A stretch of DNA of 7,421 nucleotides from sequence record NZ_CP069410.1. One strand, written 5' to 3'. Every line of letters begins with the position of its first letter. The stretch's first letter is position 1. Below the pieces are notes generated by a model, which did not search any database, was not told where the DNA came from, and worked only from the letters and a program-made list of their open reading frames with translations. Shown piece by piece: positions 5,077 through 7,421 of this stretch. This stretch comes from a plasmid. Both the position numbers and the translations under genes were made by a program.

Positions 5077-5643
5077 ATGTACATGGAATTCTATGAAAAA
5101 GTAGATGGATTAGCAAGAGCTATTAGAGTCACAACTTCAACTGCAAAGAAATATTATTTACTTTTTGAAGAGCATGGTTATAACTTTAAACGTAATCAGC
5201 AAGGACAACTCTTGTTTTCACAAGATGATATAAATTTATTTAAAGAATTAATGATTTTAAAAAATGAAAAAGGTATGACAGTTCCAAAGGCTGTAAAGGA
5301 GATTGTAAGTGGAAAAGTTATAACTGACATAACAGATATAACAGACATAACTGTTACAACAGAAGATATAACGGTTATAACTAGCAAAGTTACAACTGTT
5401 ATGACTGAGATAGAAGAGTTAAAAAAGTTAGTAAAAGATCAAAATGAAATTATAGAGAAACAACAAGAAAATTTTAAAAAGCAATTTTTAAAACAAGAAG
5501 CCTACATAAAAGACAATCTAGAACAAAGAGATAAAACGTTAGTTACAACATTAAGAGAAATGCAAGATTCACAGAAAGAAATAGCTGCTACTTTATCCAA
5601 AGAAAAAGATAAGAAAAAATGGTGGCAAATATGGCGAAGTTAA
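5077..5643 (+). CDS. MerR-like HTH + coiled-coil protein with an internal (I/V)TD tandem repeat. A paralogue-like partner of the 3158-3682 product.
   Basis: In this frame GGAGG lies at 5061-5065 and the ATG at 5077 gives MYMEFYEKVDGLARAIRVTTSTAKKYYLLFEEHGYNF. The pattern LA..I.VTTSTAKKY....GY matches the 3158-3682 protein (LADRYDVSTRTIQSKIKKLGYEW). A tandem repeat ITDITDITDITVTTEDITVITSKVTTV follows. The tail ELKKLVKDQNEIIEKQQENFKKQFLKQEAYIKDNLEQRDKTL is a coiled coil. The ORF track extends the N-terminus to 5044, which overlaps the promoter. Confidence 0.6.
   Translation: MYMEFYEKVDGLARAIRVTTSTAKKYYLLFEEHGYNFKRNQQGQLLFSQDDINLFKELMILKNEKGMTVPKAVKEIVSGKVITDITDITDITVTTEDITVITSKVTTVMTEIEELKKLVKDQNEIIEKQQENFKKQFLKQEAYIKDNLEQRDKTLVTTLREMQDSQKEIAATLSKEKDKKKWWQIWRS
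5317..5410 (+). repeat. About ten degenerate 9-bp tandem repeats ATAAC(A/T)G(A/T)(C/T) inside the CDS, carrying GTTATAAC palindromes.
   Basis: The tract reads gttataactgac ataacagat ataacagac ataactgtt acaacagaa gatataacg gttataact agcaaagtt acaactgtt. The perfect 8-bp palindrome GTTATAAC occurs at 5317-5324 and 5374-5381 here. It also occurs at 5065-5072 (between the SD and the start codon) and at 5700-5707 (just past the gene). Confidence 0.6.
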
Positions 5644-5672
5644 ACCACTCAATCAATTTGAGTGGTTTTTTG
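5644..5672 (+). terminator. Rho-independent terminator immediately after the stop codon.
   Basis: The stem accactcaa-tcaat-ttgagtggt (9 bp) is followed by TTTTTT. Confidence 0.65.
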
Positions 5673-5712
5673 TATATTGCAAAAATGCAACGCATAACAG
5701 TTATAACTACTC

Positions 5713-5758
5713 GGCCGTCTTAAGACGGCTTTTTTAGCCTTCAGGCTATATTTTTTTC
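5713..5758 (+). terminator. Tandem back-up terminators.
   Basis: gccgtcttaagacggc is a perfect 16-nt palindrome followed by TTTTTT. agcct-tca-ggct followed by atattttttt comes next. Confidence 0.55.
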
Positions 5759-5876
5759 AACGAAAAAAATACGAAAAGACTCTTGCAATTCTATTAACGA
5801 ATTGCTATATAAATAGAGAGTGAGAGTAAAATAACCATTAAGGTAGTAATAAACCCTTTTATACCAAGGCTTTATA

Positions 5877-5940
5877 CCGGATTTCGTAGTTACCGAATTA
5901 GATAACTATAGTTACCGAATTAGATAACTACGAAATCATA
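5877..5940. repeat. Two perfect tandem 22-bp direct repeats (tagttaccgaattagataacta x2) bracketed by a 10-bp inverted repeat. Iteron-like candidate origin or centromere-like site.
   Basis: Unit 1 is 5887-5908 and unit 2 is 5909-5930, and they are identical. Each unit is internally pseudo-palindromic (tagtta...taacta). The flanks gatttcgtag (5880-5889) and ctacgaaatc (5928-5937) are inverted repeats that overlap the unit ends. The element sits 15-70 bp downstream of the repL stop. Confidence 0.6.
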
Positions 5941-5968
5941 AAAAAGTAACCCTTAGAAAAGGGTTACT
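5939..5968 (-). terminator. Terminator of repL. It overlaps the last 5 codons.
   Basis: The stem agtaaccctt-agaa-aagggttact (10 bp, 5945-5968) precedes a T-run on the minus strand, which is the A-run at 5939-5944 on the plus strand. Confidence 0.55.
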
Positions 5969-6576
5969 GGAAAATTTTTAAATAAAGGCTTAGCATTAGC
6001 AAAAAGTGCTTTTAAAGTTGTTTCTATATTGTCTCGTTCTCCACTATAAATAATATTCGGATTAATAAACAAGGCATATGTACGGGCATTATTGCCTTCT
6101 GTTTTCTGACCTTGAGCTTTAACAATTACGCCTTTATCAACTAGCTGATTTACAATTCTACTAACCTTAGGCGCACTAGTTTTTAATCTTTCAGCAATAG
6201 CCTTCTGAGTCAATGGAACTGCACTTCTAGAGTGAATATTATCTACAATGCAGTTACTTTTAAATTGCATATATCTTTGAATACGAAGTAAGAAGAGCAT
6301 CTGTTCATCAGTAAAATAATCATTGTCTAAAGCATAATCCCAATTATCCTGAATAAATTGAGCAAATTTCACTTTTGATTTTGGAGAACGTTTAGTTCCA
6401 ACGTAAATCTCCTTTCCTCCAGTCGCTTTACTTAATACTTCTATAGCCTTGTTAACATCATCCTGATCAACACCATGATAGTCTTCTTTTAATTTTTCTT
6501 TTTCATTTTCTAAATCTCTTAACCTAGCATTTTGTTCGGCATCATCAAAATTAATTTTGAATTTTCTTTTTTTCAA
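5953..6576 (-). CDS. repL: RepL-family (firmicute plasmid replication protein, pSN2-type) replication protein.
   Basis: The ORF is 207 aa. The core FLLRIQRYMQFKSNCIVDNIHSRSAVPLTQKAIAERLKTSAPKVSRIVNQLVDKGVIVKAQG...ALFINPNIIYSGERD is collinear with pSN2 RepL (...KIVNYILDNVHLSNNTMIATTREIAKATGTSLQTVITTLKILEEGNIIKRKTG...LMLNPELLMRGDD) as I recall it. This includes a winged-HTH block and the NP...G tail. The start codon is TTG. The SD is GGAGAGG with a 9-nt spacer. Confidence 0.6.
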   Translation of the reverse strand: MKKRKFKINFDDAEQNARLRDLENEKEKLKEDYHGVDQDDVNKAIEVLSKATGGKEIYVGTKRSPKSKVKFAQFIQDNWDYALDNDYFTDEQMLFLLRIQRYMQFKSNCIVDNIHSRSAVPLTQKAIAERLKTSAPKVSRIVNQLVDKGVIVKAQGQKTEGNNARTYALFINPNIIYSGERDNIETTLKALFANAKPLFKNFPVTLF

Positions 6577-6580
6577 TTGT

Positions 6581-6608
6581 TAATTCCTCTCCTCTAGCAG
6601 GAATTAAC
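6581..6608 (-). promoter_or_regulatory. 9-bp inverted repeat ttaattcct / aggaattaa enclosing the repL Shine-Dalgarno sequence.
   Basis: On the mRNA, UUAAUUCCU-GCUAGAGGAG-AGGAAUUAA ends 3 nt before the TTG start. Most of the SD lies in the loop and 3' arm of this stem. It could be a translational control element or an operator. Confidence 0.4.
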
Positions 6609-6630
6609 CGTCCTGTGTTAAAATAAAATT

Positions 6631-6734
6631 AATTAAATAGGTTGCACAACAACAAGAGGTTAATCCCTCGAAATGTTTTGTTAAAAGTCCTCTGGCCCGC
6701 TAAAACTAGAGGACTTTCTTATTTTTAATTTTAA
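6631..6734 (+). ncRNA. Candidate countertranscript (antisense RNA) to the repL leader.
   Basis: On the plus strand TGtTAAAAT (6616-6624) is an extended -10. About 60 nt downstream there is a strong plus-strand intrinsic terminator. Its stem aaagtcctct/agaggacttt (6684-6693 / 6708-6717) has a 14-nt loop and is followed by cttatttttaatttt. No plus-strand ORF lies within ~1 kb upstream. The element sits between a CopG-like gene and rep, antisense to the rep leader, as RNAII does in pMV158-type plasmids. The -35 is weak. Confidence 0.3.
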
Positions 6735-6759
6735 ATCATATAGATCTTTATTTCATTGA

Positions 6760-6966
6760 TTATTTATTCTTTACACTTCTTGATTCTACAGGTATTTCTT
6801 TCTCATATAACCTTCTTAAGGCCAAACGTATAACATCATTTTGAGTAATAGGTTTAAAACTAAAATCATTAAAATCATTAAATGAGTTAATTAACTCCTG
6901 AACCATTACTAATTCGTCTTCGTCAAGCCTTATGGAAGTAGTTTTTAACGTCTTTTTTTCTGTCAT
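6760..6966 (-). CDS. Ribbon-helix-helix (CopG/Arc/MetJ-like) DNA-binding protein. Probable copy-control repressor or transcriptional repressor upstream of repL.
   Basis: The true start is ATG at 6966 (MTEKKTLKTTSIRLDEDELVMVQELINSFNDF...ITQNDVIRLALRRLYEKE, 68 aa). GGAGG precedes it with a 7-nt spacer. The beta-strand + two helices pattern (TTSIRLDEDEL / VIRLALRRL) is the RHH fold. The ORF track's 88-aa version adds 20 residues translated across the promoter and RBS. Confidence 0.7.
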   Translation of the reverse strand: MTEKKTLKTTSIRLDEDELVMVQELINSFNDFNDFSFKPITQNDVIRLALRRLYEKEIPVESRSVKNK

Positions 6967-6997
6967 GTCAATACCTCCAACTTCTTCTATATACAAC

Positions 6998-7026
6998 ATT
7001 ATACAATTCAATTTAATCAATCGCAA
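6998..7026 (-). promoter_or_regulatory. Promoter of the RHH-repL unit.
   Basis: On the minus strand TTGCGA is followed by a 17-nt spacer and tgTATAAT (-10 = plus 6998-7003). The spacer contains five short att(g) direct repeats. A 7-bp inverted repeat taatcta/tagatta lies upstream at ~7035-7050 and could be an operator. Confidence 0.5.
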
Positions 7027-7060
7027 TACAATGTAATCTATTAGATTATAAAAGAAGATG

Positions 7061-7421
7061 TTATCCTAACTCTATACCAAACAACCCAAAGAACCACTTG
7101 AACAAGAAGAACATAGGCACCATAAAGACGGCCGCCCCAGCTCCATACTTCACCCAATCTAACCAGCCATTAAACACCACGCCCAACTTAGCGTTCGATA
7201 TCATAGTCTTGCTGTTTTTCTCGATTTCGCTGAGTTCTGATTTCGCCTTCTCGCTCAACATGTCGAACTTGCTCCCCAGGTTGTTGTTGATCTTCTCGAG
7301 TTCGTCCTTGATCATTTGATTGTTTGTTTGGAACTCGTTGTTCAGAAACTCCTGATTCTGTTTCATCTCGCTGTGCAATACCTTGATGGCCGTCTTCATC
7401 TCGGCCAAAGTTTCGTTCGTA
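7061..7421 (-). CDS. Coiled-coil protein with a C-terminal transmembrane anchor, XhlA-like. Probably 5'-truncated by the window edge.
   Basis: The product reads ...AEMKTAIKVLHSEMKQNQEFLNNEFQTNNQMIKDELEKINNNLGSKFDMLSEKAKSELSEIEKNSKTMISNAKLGVVFNGWLDWVKYGAGAAVFMVPMFFLFKWFFGLFGIELG. The tail NGWLDWVKYGAGAAV resembles the NRWIEVIRWVAGLAVGA junction of PBSX XhlA. The frame is open to 7421 and the ORF track's start (TTG at 7408) has no RBS. GC content matches the mob module rather than the cargo. Confidence 0.45.
   Translation of the reverse strand, partial: TNETLAEMKTAIKVLHSEMKQNQEFLNNEFQTNNQMIKDELEKINNNLGSKFDMLSEKAKSELSEIEKNSKTMISNAKLGVVFNGWLDWVKYGAGAAVFMVPMFFLFKWFFGLFGIELG

Noticed and set aside
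5196-5387. 63-aa minus-strand ORF
   Set aside because: It is antisense to the HTH/coiled-coil CDS. It is produced by reading the 9-bp tandem repeat in reverse (VITVISSVVTVMSVISVMSVI).
6967-7026. N-terminal 20 residues (MRLIKLNCIMLYIEEVGGID) of the 88-aa version of the RHH ORF
   Set aside because: They are translated across the -10 box and the GGAGG RBS. The ATG at 6966 with a perfect SD is the real start.
7098-7319. 73-aa plus-strand ORF
   Set aside because: It is antisense to the XhlA-like coiled-coil/TM gene and is a shadow ORF.
1-7421. CRISPR arrays, tRNA/rRNA genes, IS elements or transposases
   Set aside because: No regularly spaced repeat-spacer pattern was seen. No cloverleaf-capable region with T-arm motifs was seen. 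No transposase-like ORF was seen. The repeats present are iteron-like, junction-like or hairpins.

Overview
This looks like a mosaic, mobilizable plasmid segment, probably from a Bacillus-type Firmicute. (1) A GC-richer (~45-48%) mobilization module sits on the minus strand at 1-1343. It holds a pC221-like MOBQ relaxase gene (mobA, 5' 328 codons; the 3' end runs off the left edge) and an overlapping upstream mobC. A second protein-like frame with a strong RBS lies inside mobA and is a candidate mobB. (2) A structure-dense non-coding block (1344-2000) lies upstream of mobC. It contains tandem small palindromes, a duplicated C5...G5 hairpin module and a long imperfect 88-nt inverted repeat. I read this as candidate oriT and single-strand origin. 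(3) An AT-rich (~32% GC) cargo/replication block (2000-7060) follows. It encodes a manganese catalase, two MerR-like HTH proteins, a FlaR-like P-loop kinase, a RepL-family replication protein preceded by a CopG-like RHH gene and a probable antisense RNA, and iteron-like 22-bp direct repeats. (4) A GC-richer XhlA-like coiled-coil/tail-anchored membrane protein gene lies at the right edge. The most unusual feature is a ~130-150 bp junction element repeated three times between the cargo genes. Each copy has the conserved box TTTGAGCAAACTACTCAAGA, a ~45-bp spacer, a terminator hairpin and the conserved box TAGTT(A/G)ACATAA. The hairpin sequence differs completely between copies but the base pairing is preserved. 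This gives a cassette-like organisation. No rRNA, tRNA, CRISPR array or transposase was seen.
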